Assembly (NCBI GenBank): GCA_001662655.1
Contig: KV460234.1
DNA from: Pseudogymnoascus verrucosus
Lineage: Eukaryota
Length of the DNA: 64,000 nucleotides
Reading direction: 5' to 3' (one strand)
Below are positions 10,829 to 21,749 of this stretch, piece by piece. The notes under the pieces are model-generated. The model worked only from the letters and a program-made list of their open reading frames with translations. It was not told where the DNA came from and did not search any database. The translations under genes and the position numbers were made by a program. Position 1 is the stretch's first letter. Every line of letters starts with the position of its first letter.

Positions 10829-13800
10829 ATGAAACTACTTAAATGCTTCTTTGCTCCCAAAACCGAGTCCTCGAAGCAGGCACTTGAGCCTTCTGCTCCC
10901 GACCCCGGATCTTCAAAGGAGGCACTTGGGATCTCTGTCGTGACGACTGTCGCGAACGCTCAAGTGGAGTGAGCATCAACATGACAGATTCACTGTTTAT
11001 ATGCTGACCTTCCTACTAGCATAATATTCATTCATGGCCTAACTGGTCATCGGGAAAGGACTTGGACTCACGAAGACGAAAACGAGCCATGGTTCAAGTC
11101 ACTCCTTCCCAAAGACCTCCCGACTGCCCGAATCATAGCCTATGGCTATGATGCTGATGTGGTTAATTTTACGAAGGTCGCTAGCCAGAACACAATTCGA
11201 GACCATGCGGTGAACCTGATGAATGACCTCGCCGGACACCGAAGGTGGGCACCTGGACGGCCCATAATTTTTGTCGCGCACAGCCTCGGGGGTTTAGTAT
11301 GCCAGAAAGCTCTTATTCTATGTACCAATCCAACCGAGGACGCTCAAAAAGACATACTTTCGTCAACCCGGGGCATCGCTTTCCTCGGAACTCCGCATGC
11401 CGGGTCTGACCTTGCAAGATTTGCAACTGCAGTGGCAAATTTTGTCCGTTTCAGTCTAGGCAAAAAGTCCAATACGAAGCTCCTAGAGGTTCTAACCAAA
11501 AACTCTGAGGTTCTGGCTGATATCAGTAATGGATTCTTCACTATGGTGCGAAGGCGTGAGAGTACTCAAATGCCCATCGCCCTCCACGCTTTTGTTGAGG
11601 AACTAGACGTAGACTTTCTTGGGCGTGTAAGTTCATGTTGCGCCTAACTTTAATGATATGCTAACATATATCAGCGCGTCGTTGAACCTGATTCGGCGAG
11701 AATAGTAGGCTACAATTCTGACACTATTCACGCTAATCACATGGAAATGACTAAGTTCCGCTCGGCGACTGATCCGGGATATGTAAAGGTTCTAAGTAGG
11801 CTAAAATTATGGATTGACGATGATGGTACTGTATTACCGAGACATTTGTAGATAGAGCAAAATAATATAACTAACTCAATTGGACTGACCAGACAATACG
11901 ATTGTATTGCGATACGCCAATTACTTCCACCTTATGTTTGACACGCTCTTGCCTGGCGTGAAGCTTGCAAAATCAGAACCTCCGGCCTCAACAATGAAAG
12001 AACTATGCAAATCATCTAGTATTAGGTCATCCGTGAAATGGCTAATTGACAGTTCGGAATATCGAGTTTGGAAATCTGCATCCTCAGCAAGGCTCTGGCT
12101 TCATGGAGAACATGGCGACGGCAAGACGGTCATTATGTCCTACATCTTTAGAAGCCTGTCTCGGTATGCCCTATATCCTGACGGTATCGCGTCTGTATTC
12201 TGCTCATGCAATGATTCAGAAGAGGGAGTGGTGGCTTCTATGGCTCTCCAGTTGCTTCGAAACAAGAATCGTGCCAAAGACTGGCGACTAACAGTTCCCC
12301 TCACGAAGTTTCAACCAGGTGATGATGGGCGGCTAGAATTCAATCGCCTACTATGGAAACTGCTAACGAGGTTGATAGAGGACGGGGGTGTGGTCCTTAT
12401 TATTGATGGCATTGACAAGATTGATTTTTTAGTTCGATCATCGTTTCTAGATATATTCAACAAGCTTGAGAAGAATCCAAGAGCTGGTATACGAGTTCTA
12501 ATTTCGTCAGAAAAAAGAGATGATATACAAAGTGCCCTCAGGCATTATCCAAGCATAGATAGAGAAAAGGAGAGGAGAGGTGAGTGACTATCCAAAGGTT
12601 GGTGATTGAGTAGATGCTAAGCGGCCGTTGCAGAATGTCTAAAGACACTAGAATTCCAGGAATGGAACGCGAGAGAAATTGGTGTTCAAAAGGTCGAAAG
12701 AGCAGGTAAAAAGGTTTTTCATCACAAAAAATACCGCAAATGGATCCGATCCAAACGCTCGTCCGTGTTGTGGTTGGAAGGGAAACCTGGAAGCGGGAAG
12801 TCGACCCTTTCAAAATTCATGGTAAGTAAACTAGAGAAAGAGACCCCTCATTGGCAAACGAGTCAGAGGAGCCCCTCACAAGAGAGACACCCCTCGCGAG
12901 AGAGACACCCCTCGCACAGCATCCCACAGAGGAGTAAGAGAGGATGGGTTTTCAACAACTCCAAAGACAAGAGCGTTATAATTGCAAGATTTTATTACAG
13001 TTTCCGAGGAGGCAACACCCAGACTAGTCACGAGCTTATGCTTCGATCGATTGTCTACCAGATCTGGAGCGAGAACAGTAGACTTTTCCCACTCATTCGT
13101 GATCGTTACGAGCATTGAAAACCAAGGTTAGAGAGGCAAGTGATCATAAATCGTTCTGGAGCTATAGCGATTTAAAATGGGCTTTAAAAACCCTGAATTG
13201 CGTTGATTTTAATCTCCGAGTTTTTATTATTGTTGATGGAATGGATGAGTCTGATGACGATAAACGGGTGGACATTCTTCGGTTTCTTCTTGATCTTGCG
13301 TCTCCGAATCTGAATAGCACTTGCGTCGTTAAGATTTTTATTGCGAGCAGGCCGGAGAACGATATCAATTCGGGACTACGGCCGGTTCGTCATCACATTA
13401 AACTACAAGAAGTGAATGAAGAGGACATCAGGATGGTCGTGAGAGGGTGGATTGAGCGAATGGTATCCGAAGCAAAATGTGAAGAAGAGGTTTTATCAAA
13501 AGTAAAGGACTATATTATGGAATATTCTGATGGGGTTTTTATGTGGGTGACGCTGGTCTTGAGAGATCTGGAGCAGTGTATCGACAAAGGTGGCTACACC
13601 AAATTAACCCTGCATACTAGACTACGTAGCCTTCCTAAGGAGCTTGGCGGCAAAGATGGCTTCTATCGAGCAATGGTAGATTCATTACTGGACGAGTACA
13701 AAGAAGATCAAGAGCACCAAGAGCTTGGGCAACGAATATTGGCCTGGGTGACTTTCGCCGAGCGACCTCTATCAGTTACAGAACTCAGGGATGCCCTGGC

Positions 13801-14900
13801 AATCCCCTCCGGGTTAGACAGAACAGACTTGTCAACATATATTCTTGAGGATAACAGACCCCATAAATTGGAGAGGGCAATATTGTCGTTCTGTGGGGGT
13901 CTAGTTGAGGTAAGCAGAGTTGTTGTCTCGTTTACGAGCTGGCTAACCAGTGCGTTCGTAGGTTAGAGACTCGCACGACGGCCGAACTGTGCAACTCATA
14001 CATCAGACTGCCAGAGAATTTCTTCTGCACAAAGACAAACTCGCGGGGCCATATCGCCTCGAACACGTCCAAGGAGTCATGGAGATAGCAATGGCGTGCT
14101 GCCGGTACCTCAGCATCGTCTTTCGCCCGGATTTACCACTAGGAGAAGCTAACGCAGTATTGCCAGAAGCCGAGATTATAGAATGTCACTTGTCGGGGAA
14201 GTCACTGCTCATATATGCGCTCGTCAACTTCCAAACGCACCTAGATGACTTGGGAAGCAATGATGAGAAAGTACGAAATGAGTTTATGGATTTTGTCAAG
14301 CTTCTCATAATGCGGAGTAGCTCCTTCGCATCTCTTCTTCTAGGGCAATGGATTCAGGCCCTGAAGTGGCCATCAAGACTACACGTAGATGAGACATCAG
14401 CGAGGCTATACTTGCATTCTTTATTACTATGTGCCGCAGAGACTGGGAACAGGGAGGTCGCGGCGGTATTGCTTTCTCTTCGATCAGATTTGCTTCACAT
14501 AGTAGCTTCAATTGCGGCCGCAAATGAGGATGCGTATGAGGATTCTGGCGGCCTTGAGCTGTTGCTCAACATGGGGGCCGACTTCAACGCAAAGGACACG
14601 GTTGGCCGGACGCCGGTATCGTATGCCGCTGGGAATGGGCTCAATCGTAACACGAGTCTGCTACTTAAGAATAAGGCTGAACCCAATCTAAAAGACAGGG
14701 CTGGCCGGACGCCGCTATCGTATGCGTCTGAAAACGGGCACGAGGCTAGCGTCAGGCTGCTACTTGAGAGAGAAGATGTCGAACTGAACTCGGAAGACAC
14801 AACTGGACGGACACCGCTATCATATGCTACCGCGAACGGGCACACAGCTGTGGCTGAGCTGCTGCAATCACATGTCACGAAATATCAAGGCACAATCTAA
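10829..14900 (+). pseudogene. Fungal NLR-like gene: SesB-like alpha/beta hydrolase + two NACHT NTPase modules + ankyrin repeats, with an apparent frameshift at ~13110
   Basis: Exons 10829-10968, 11020-11626, 11675-11825, 11893-12579, 12634-13909, 13962-14900. Hydrolase motifs VDIIFIHGLTG, AHSLGG, FLGTPHAGS. Walker A motifs GEHGDGKT and GKPGSGKST; Walker B-like LIIDGID and IIVDGMDE. Three GRTP(V/L)SYA ankyrin repeats. Frame breaks at TACGAGCATTGA with no intron available. Confidence 0.8.
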
Positions 14901-15858
14901 TATAGTAGGTAACAGGAGCTGTGGTCCGTCGCCAATGGTGGAGCGTTTGACTGGGGTTGTAGGATGTGGTAGGATGTGGGCATCCAGATCAAAGGGTTTC
15001 GCGTTGAGATGGGAGGAATACAGTCTTATCTGGGGGTTGAGCGGGTGGTTCATGAGTGTGTGGGTCTGCGGAATAAGGGGTGCGTCCGGTGCCGCGGGTG
15101 TTGGCTTGTTGGGTGTGGGACTATGGGTGTTCTGTTTGGGCGGCGGGTGGTTTAGGGCTGTGATGGCTTAGGAATGGGGTGGCACAGTAGTTTGTAGTAG
15201 AAGTGTTATACGTATAGCCAGGAAGTCAGCGAACTAACTTCCGCATATACGTACAGGTTTCTGCGCCTGTGTGACGGAGACGGGCGGCCTTCGAGAGACT
15301 ATGATCCAGGGGTTTGATGTGTACGCTGGGTCTGGTGCTGGCGGAAGTATGGTGGGTCTTGGTGATGAGTCGCTGTGTGGTGAAAAGGCGCGGTGACGAG
15401 AGGATGCGGCGACAAGAAGATATGGTGATAGGAGGGTTGCGGTGAGCGGAGATGCGGCGGCGAGAAAACTATAGTCACGGTTCGATGAGAGGGCATCAAG
15501 GACCGGAAGCTTCATACAGTTGTGGCTGGCAGCACGGAATGCCGGAAGTATCGCATATGCGCTTCCATGTTATTGACATAACGAGTCCTAACGGGGTAGA
15601 GAAGCTGGACGCGGAGACATCAGAATGCTTTTAGTGTCAGGGCTCGTGTCTTTCCACCTCTTGGTCGGCAGAAATGATGGAACAAACCTGTGGAGTTATG
15701 AGAAGAGATGCCATTATAGACTACTCAGCTAATATACTATTCCATCCCACTTCCCGTGTCATCTTCGCAGCACGCCTGCCTCTCACTGGTATTCTCCCCG
15801 CGCAGTCCATGCATCCGATACATATATTCACAACAGCCACCTCCACTGTCCCAACTCT

Positions 15859-16142
15859 TTAGATCCCTCCACCACTACGTCCCGTGTGGACTGTATACAC
15901 ATTCCCCCCTCCTGCCCCGCTGCGCTCCTTAGCCGCCTCGCTGCGGGCGAACACGGCGCGCCATTTCAGGCCGACAAAGATAGCTGCAGCGCCTCCAAAG
16001 GCGGCAATAACGAGTGGTGCGCGCGACGGCCTGGAAAGGGAGGTTAGCTGGAACTCTGGCTTCTGTTTCCCGGACGAGGGGCACGGGGCGGATTGAAGGC
16101 GGGGGAGCGGTAAACTTACGGCTTGGGGTGTCCTGGTGCCAT
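15859..16142 (-). CDS. Small 64-aa single-TM protein ending in RSGGGI
   Basis: Exon 16142-16120, canonical intron 16119-16031 (GTAAGT...GCTAAC...CAG), exon 16030-15859. Good start context (ACACAATGG). Confidence 0.75.
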
Positions 16143-16857
16143 TGTGTTGGTTTCTCTGGGAGCGGTGTGTGCTTGTTGAATAGCTCTGCCTCACTTATTG
16201 GGGTTTTTTCTGGGCTCAGGGTCTTTCGTTGTGCTTATTCGCTTTTTGGTCGTCTTTTAGCTGTGTATGTATTGTCGTTCACAAGCCGTTGTCTTGTTGT
16301 CTTATCTGCCTGACACGTTCGGTCGCCCTCGGGAGTCGCGTGTGCAGTGACGTCTGCGGGTTCCACCTACTCTAGATTTATCGGTTATCCCTTCCCAACA
16401 GTTACCCGTCGCTAGTGCCTACAACCTGCGAGTGTGTTGAACGCTCGTCTTTGTCTCGAGAGGGTGTTTTTCGAAGGTTTTTCTTTCGTTATTTATCGTG
16501 TCGGCTGGTTGGTTTATCCATTCCTGGCCTGCAAAAATATATACCTTGTTGGTTCAACCATAGAAATCTTTGCACATGCGATAGCTTTTTTTAGTTGTCT
16601 CGGCTTGTCTCAATGGAGTAGCGCGGGATTTCCCCGCACTATCTGGGGTTGTTGAGGTCCAAGCTTGGTGCACGGTCCAGCATGCATTTCAATATAGTGG
16701 CACATGACCAGACGTTGAGGAATACTTTTGTAATAAAGGAGTTTCTATTGGCCTTTTCATTCTATCAGATATGACAGGAGATGTGTTATTCAGAAGGAGC
16801 TTCTATCACATGGAATATAACATACAGGAGACAAACTCCCCGTAAGTGTCTCCTATA

Positions 16858-18548
16858 TCAAACAAAGGGGCTAGATTCTATGGCCTTCTCAAGCTCAATG
16901 TGGGCGTCATATCCAAACAGCCACGGCTGGAATATGGGGCAGACCCTATCGTTGTTGATCAGATGGAGGATACCAAAGGTAGGAGCAAAGATTTGGACGG
17001 GCCTCACCAGCTTAGTGGAAATTTTTCCTCGATTATACGCTTGGAATCAGTGTATTTGTCAAGGAGCGAATCACGCTCTTGTTGCTCAGGGCCATCGCGC
17101 ATGTGATAAAATGTTCGCTTTTCTTTGTGTCAGTCACTAGTTCTTGGATCTTGCTTTGCTTGGGGCTCCTGGCCATGCTCACCATCTTGAGTGACTCTCG
17201 TGCTACTGCTTCTCCCCGCGCTTTACGCATAGTTTGGAACATCTGCAAGGCTTGGGGGAGCTGCGATTTGGACGTTATCTTGCCGAGGATCAAACCAATG
17301 GTAGCTCCATCTTCCATGGCCGAGTTGGCCCCTTGGGCTAGATATGGGATCATTGGATGGGAGGCGTCACCACTGCTCAAATGTTAGCTGGGAAGGAAGT
17401 AAATCTGCTATTGTATCGATCTTACATGAGAACAAAATTTCCTTTATCGTTTATCCACGTCTCTACTTCTTGTCCTAGAGTTGATCGATCTGTCAGCATT
17501 GATAATCCATGGACTTTTGGCAAGCTCCAAGACTCACGGTGCATCAACTTCCACGTCTCGACGACTTTGACGTGGTCCAGGAACCGGGCCAAACTATGAA
17601 ATATTAGCAGCTGCCGCCTCTATTGGAATGGTGAAGCAACATCGGGTCCCAATTACGGAACAGCTCCCTCATTTCTTCGGCCGAGCCCTCCTTCTTAGAA
17701 ACCCCGGCGGGAAGGTCGTCCGGGCGTACGAGACCAAGACCTAGCGCCTTGCCACTCCGAATGGAATATGACACAGCGTGACAGTCTGGCCCAAACCAGA
17801 TATTAAGTTCCGGGTTTGTAATCTTATCTCTCAGTTCTCCGGCGGGGACGTCTTCCGCGTTGAGAATGATACGGTAGACAAGGTCCCCTGTCGCTTCGGG
17901 GTAGTCTTGTTTCCCCAAAAGAACTTCTCAGCACCGGGACCATATCCCATCCGCGCCGATGACAAGGTCACCTTTAAATTCTTGACCAGCTGCTGATTTT
18001 ATTCGGCCATCGTCCATATCAATCTCAATCACTTTGGTGCCGAAATGAAACTCCACTCCGAGTTCCTTAGCTCGATCATAAAGACCTTTTTGAACGTCCA
18101 CCCGAGAGATATTCAATGTTTCAGACCCATACTTTTTCTTCAAACTTTCGGCATAATTTTGCTCTCTGAATAGAATCGTTCCATCTGAATAACGCCGGAA
18201 GTTCATCGAACTTGGCCTCGCTGCGGAGCTCCAGAAGGACTCGGATAGGCCCCATCTTTTCAATAATGTCGAGGAGTTGGGAGTCACTTGGATACCTGTA
18301 CCGGTCTGTAGTTATTGTGAGAACTTGACGGTATCACCAAAGATCATAGGCCCTCCGGAATAGAAGCAGTCTTCATAGCAACGTACCTCAGCAAGCTCGT
18401 TTGCAGCTTCGATAACCGTAACATGATGCCCCGATAGAGCACATTGGATACTGGCAGATAAGCCTCCCATGCCGCCGCCAACGATGATAACATCCAAGCG
18501 GCAACTGTTGGTAGCATCTGGCAAATAATCATGCTCTTTCACTGTCAT
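16858..18548 (-). pseudogene. FAD-dependent monooxygenase (salicylate-hydroxylase-like) with an in-frame premature TGA
   Basis: Motifs VIIVGGGMGG, GADGIWSRC and GDASHPMIPYLAQGAN; about 7 exons. In-frame TGA at 17930-17928 (SRC*EVLLGK). Confidence 0.8.
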
Positions 18549-19275
18549 ATTTGATAAAATAGTCGACTTAACTCGCAAGAATTACAATGGGCAATAGGTG
18601 GGACGTTGGACTAAGCGGTTGCAATGGCCTGCGTCGTTTTGATCATCCAGCCTACTTTCTCCCGGACAAGATCGTCTCAACCTCCAAATATATATTTCTA
18701 TCCAAGTCACCTTTAGCTTATAAGCGAAGGTAAAGCGCATACAAGCCCAGTATGAAACCTTCTATTAATGCACGGGTGGTTACAGTGCAGCGTTGTGAGT
18801 CTGTCGGTTCTCAAACGCAGCGAATCTCAATGCATAACAACATTCTTCATTCACACCAGAACGTTTATAAGGGCTGGCTCTCACTCTCTCAATAAACCAC
18901 GTCATCGAATGGCGTGGCCTGTGTATCGCCACTAAACGAATTAACTCTTTCTGTAGGCTGTGACCCCTTGTGTATCCGCGGTAAGGGAGCAGCGCCGATA
19001 CCCTGTGTGACAGCGTGCAACTCCCACCAAGCCCACCAAAGCAGAACAGCGTCTCTATGGGGATCTGCAAGATGCTATCTAGGGAGAATCAAGTGATACA
19101 AACCCTTTGCAGATGTAGACTATCTCAGTCTACCTTGCATGCTTCGGTTCACATACCGAGTCGCCCCTATTCAACGCCGACACCAATGTGTTCCGAAATA
19201 TCACCACCGCCCACTCTCTAAACCTAATTTCGCACCCACCAACTCCTCTTCCAGCTCTAACCCACGCTTCTAACC

Positions 19276-19857
19276 ATGTCCATCCCCATCGAATCCGTCA
19301 GCAACAAAGTCATCAGCCCCATCTCCCTCGCCCACATCGTCTTCCGCAGCGCCAACCTCCAACGCCAAATCGACTTCTGGACCCTTTTCCTCGGCGCCAC
19401 CGTTGTATTCCAAAACGACACCCTCGCATTCTTCCAATACGACGACGAACACCACCGCATAGCCTTCATAGCCGATGCCAGCGCTCAACCCGAGCAAGGC
19501 GGCAGCAAGGGGGCGAGGATGTACCACGTCACCTTCACCTTCGCGAGTCTTTCGGATCTAGTGAAGGCGTATAAACAACGCAAGGCATTAGGGGTGTTTC
19601 CTACGTGGTGTGTGAATCATGGGATGACGACGAGTATGTATTATGTGGATCCGGATGGGAATCAGATTGAGACGCAGGTGGATAATTTTGAGAACCCGGA
19701 GGAGGCGACGGAGTTTATGCAAGGGGAGCTGTTTAGGGAGAATCCGTTGGGGACGGGTTTTGATCCGGAGGACTTAGATGAGAAGATACGGACTGGTGTT
19801 GAGGATAGTGTTCTTGAGAAAAGAGTTGAGATTGGGCCGAGGCTGTCTCCGCCGTGA
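19276..19857 (+). CDS. Glyoxalase/VOC-family protein (BphC-like ring-cleavage dioxygenase family)
   Basis: Intronless 193 aa with LAHIVFR, YDDEHHRIA, YHVTF and NHGMTTSMYYVDPDGNQIETQVDNF motifs. Confidence 0.85.
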   Translation: MSIPIESVSNKVISPISLAHIVFRSANLQRQIDFWTLFLGATVVFQNDTLAFFQYDDEHHRIAFIADASAQPEQGGSKGARMYHVTFTFASLSDLVKAYKQRKALGVFPTWCVNHGMTTSMYYVDPDGNQIETQVDNFENPEEATEFMQGELFRENPLGTGFDPEDLDEKIRTGVEDSVLEKRVEIGPRLSPP

Positions 19858-19982
19858 GACGAGATTTAATGGAGCTCCAAATCCATGGGGTCATATTGTC
19901 AATATCAGCTACCACACAAAATTCATGATATCTAACGATATTTCTAGATGCATAGATAAAGTTCGAGCTACAAACTTAGATT

Positions 19983-21174
19983 CTACCCTCTATTGAGCGT
20001 ATTCCCAGCCCCCTTCGGATTCTCCTCCACATATTCATCCCACGCTCTCGCCTTCAATATCTCCGCCTCGCCCTTCTCATAATCATCCTCATCAGGCTCG
20101 GCAATAATGCCACTTGCCTCTCCACCGCCCTCAATAATCCCTCCACGTTTCCTCTCCTCCTCCAAGTACTCATCAATACTCATCGTCGGCAGGTTATGCC
20201 CCGACCTGAAGACGCCGTCTTGAAGCTGTTTCCGGCCACCAGTCAAAGTAAACACTTTAAGCGGCTTCCCGCTCTTATCCAGTAGTGGCCCTGCTCTGTT
20301 ATTCGCAGCTAGTAACTCCGAGATAGGCCGATCAATGCGGTCGGAGTAGTCGGGACCGCTTCGTGCGCCTGTGCGCTCGCGGTAATCGCGCGCGAGGCTT
20401 TCGGGGCCGGGCGGTGGCGTGGGAGGCTTGGAGGCTAATACGGACATCTCCAGGTTGAGAGACTCAAGGTTCTGGAATGTGTTGTGGGTAGATAGGCTTA
20501 TGTTGGCCAGGTGGAGGTCGCGGATTGCATCGTCGTCTTGGGAGAGGTAGGCAGGGTTTCGGGAGAGGAACTTGGAGAACTGTTAGCATCATATATTGAT
20601 AGTATGGGAAGATGCTGGTTCTGGAAAACGTACATCAATCTTCTGCTTCAGGTCTTTCTCCAGCTTGAAGTTTTCAATCTTCGCCGCCCGCCGCGCGGTG
20701 AAGTCTGTCGTTGATATGGTCGAGAAGGTGGTTGGGTTCTCGTTATATTCATCGTTCAGCTTTTTAGAGCTTCCAGTGAGGACTGCATAGCTATCTAGAC
20801 GGTTGAGGAAACGCTCGTATGCGTCTCGTGCTCGTGTGAGGGCGGTCTGCCTGTCGGGGTTCGAGGTACGTGTGTAGAGGTCGCCGAGATGGTAGTCGAT
20901 GAGGAGGTATCTGTGACACCTGTCAGCAGGCATTCCATATCAAGGCCGCATATCAATAAACTCACGGAAGATCGCCAGTAGTTATGTCTTCGAGTATCTC
21001 GTTGGGGCTGAACAGGGACTGCCTGTCTGCCAGTACACGGCACTCTTCGTAGCTTCCAACTGCGGTTGCAAGGCTATCATGGTACCCAGTGCTGTTCCTG
21101 TCGTAAGTTTGCTCAATCTCTTGCCTCTTCCTCTCTGCTTGCGCAAAGAGCGATTTAATGTTTTGGTCCTCCAT
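19983..21174 (-). CDS. TAP42: TAP42/alpha4 PP2A regulatory subunit
   Basis: Exons 21174-20966, 20910-20634, 20570-19983. Motifs LFSPNE, VFRSGHNLPTMSIDEYL and C-terminal KARAWDEYVEENPKGAGNTLNRG. Confidence 0.93.
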
Positions 21175-21749
21175 GGTGTATGTATGTGACGAGGCTGAAT
21201 CGCACCAACGCAGTTCTATGTTTTGTGGTGGGGGAGACGAGGCTGCGACTTTGAGCTTTGGAACAGACTTGGCTTGGCAAAGGCGGTGAAGCTGGGCACG
21301 CCACTACTGCCCATCGCGAACCAACTCAACCTCGTCTTCTTTATAATGTCCCTTCCCTAATGTGAAAATTCACAAAAATGACAGTGAATCTATAAACCAA
21401 AGCTAGGTATACCAGGGCCTTCGAAAGCCGTTTGTACTTCTTGAGACTTCAATTTGAGTTCGGGCATTTTTCAGGTCAGCGTGGGCCTGTGGTTTGTCCC
21501 CATCTTAATATTTGTTTGCTACAATTCATGCGTGAAAGAAGCATCGTGTTTGTTTCTCTGTTTTCGGGGCTTATGTACCCTTTATGGAAGCTATTAGCTT
21601 GCTATTCTCTCTTCGTTGCCCATAACATCTTCCAGCCAATTTGAGCCTTCTTTGCCCTTTACCATCCAGGGTTCACCCACCTATACTACAAAGTAGTCCT
21701 CCCATCTTGTTTACTCTTTGGCTTCTCAATTCTGATCATACCCAGCGCA

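Noticed and set aside
12872..12916. 18-bp tandem duplication (PSQERH/PSRERH) in the NLR
   Set aside because: In-frame slippage in a low-complexity loop; no evidence of function.
6200..15500. Starship or other autonomous mobile element carrying the NLR
   Set aside because: No tyrosine recombinase, transposase, reverse transcriptase, terminal repeats or target-site duplication was seen.
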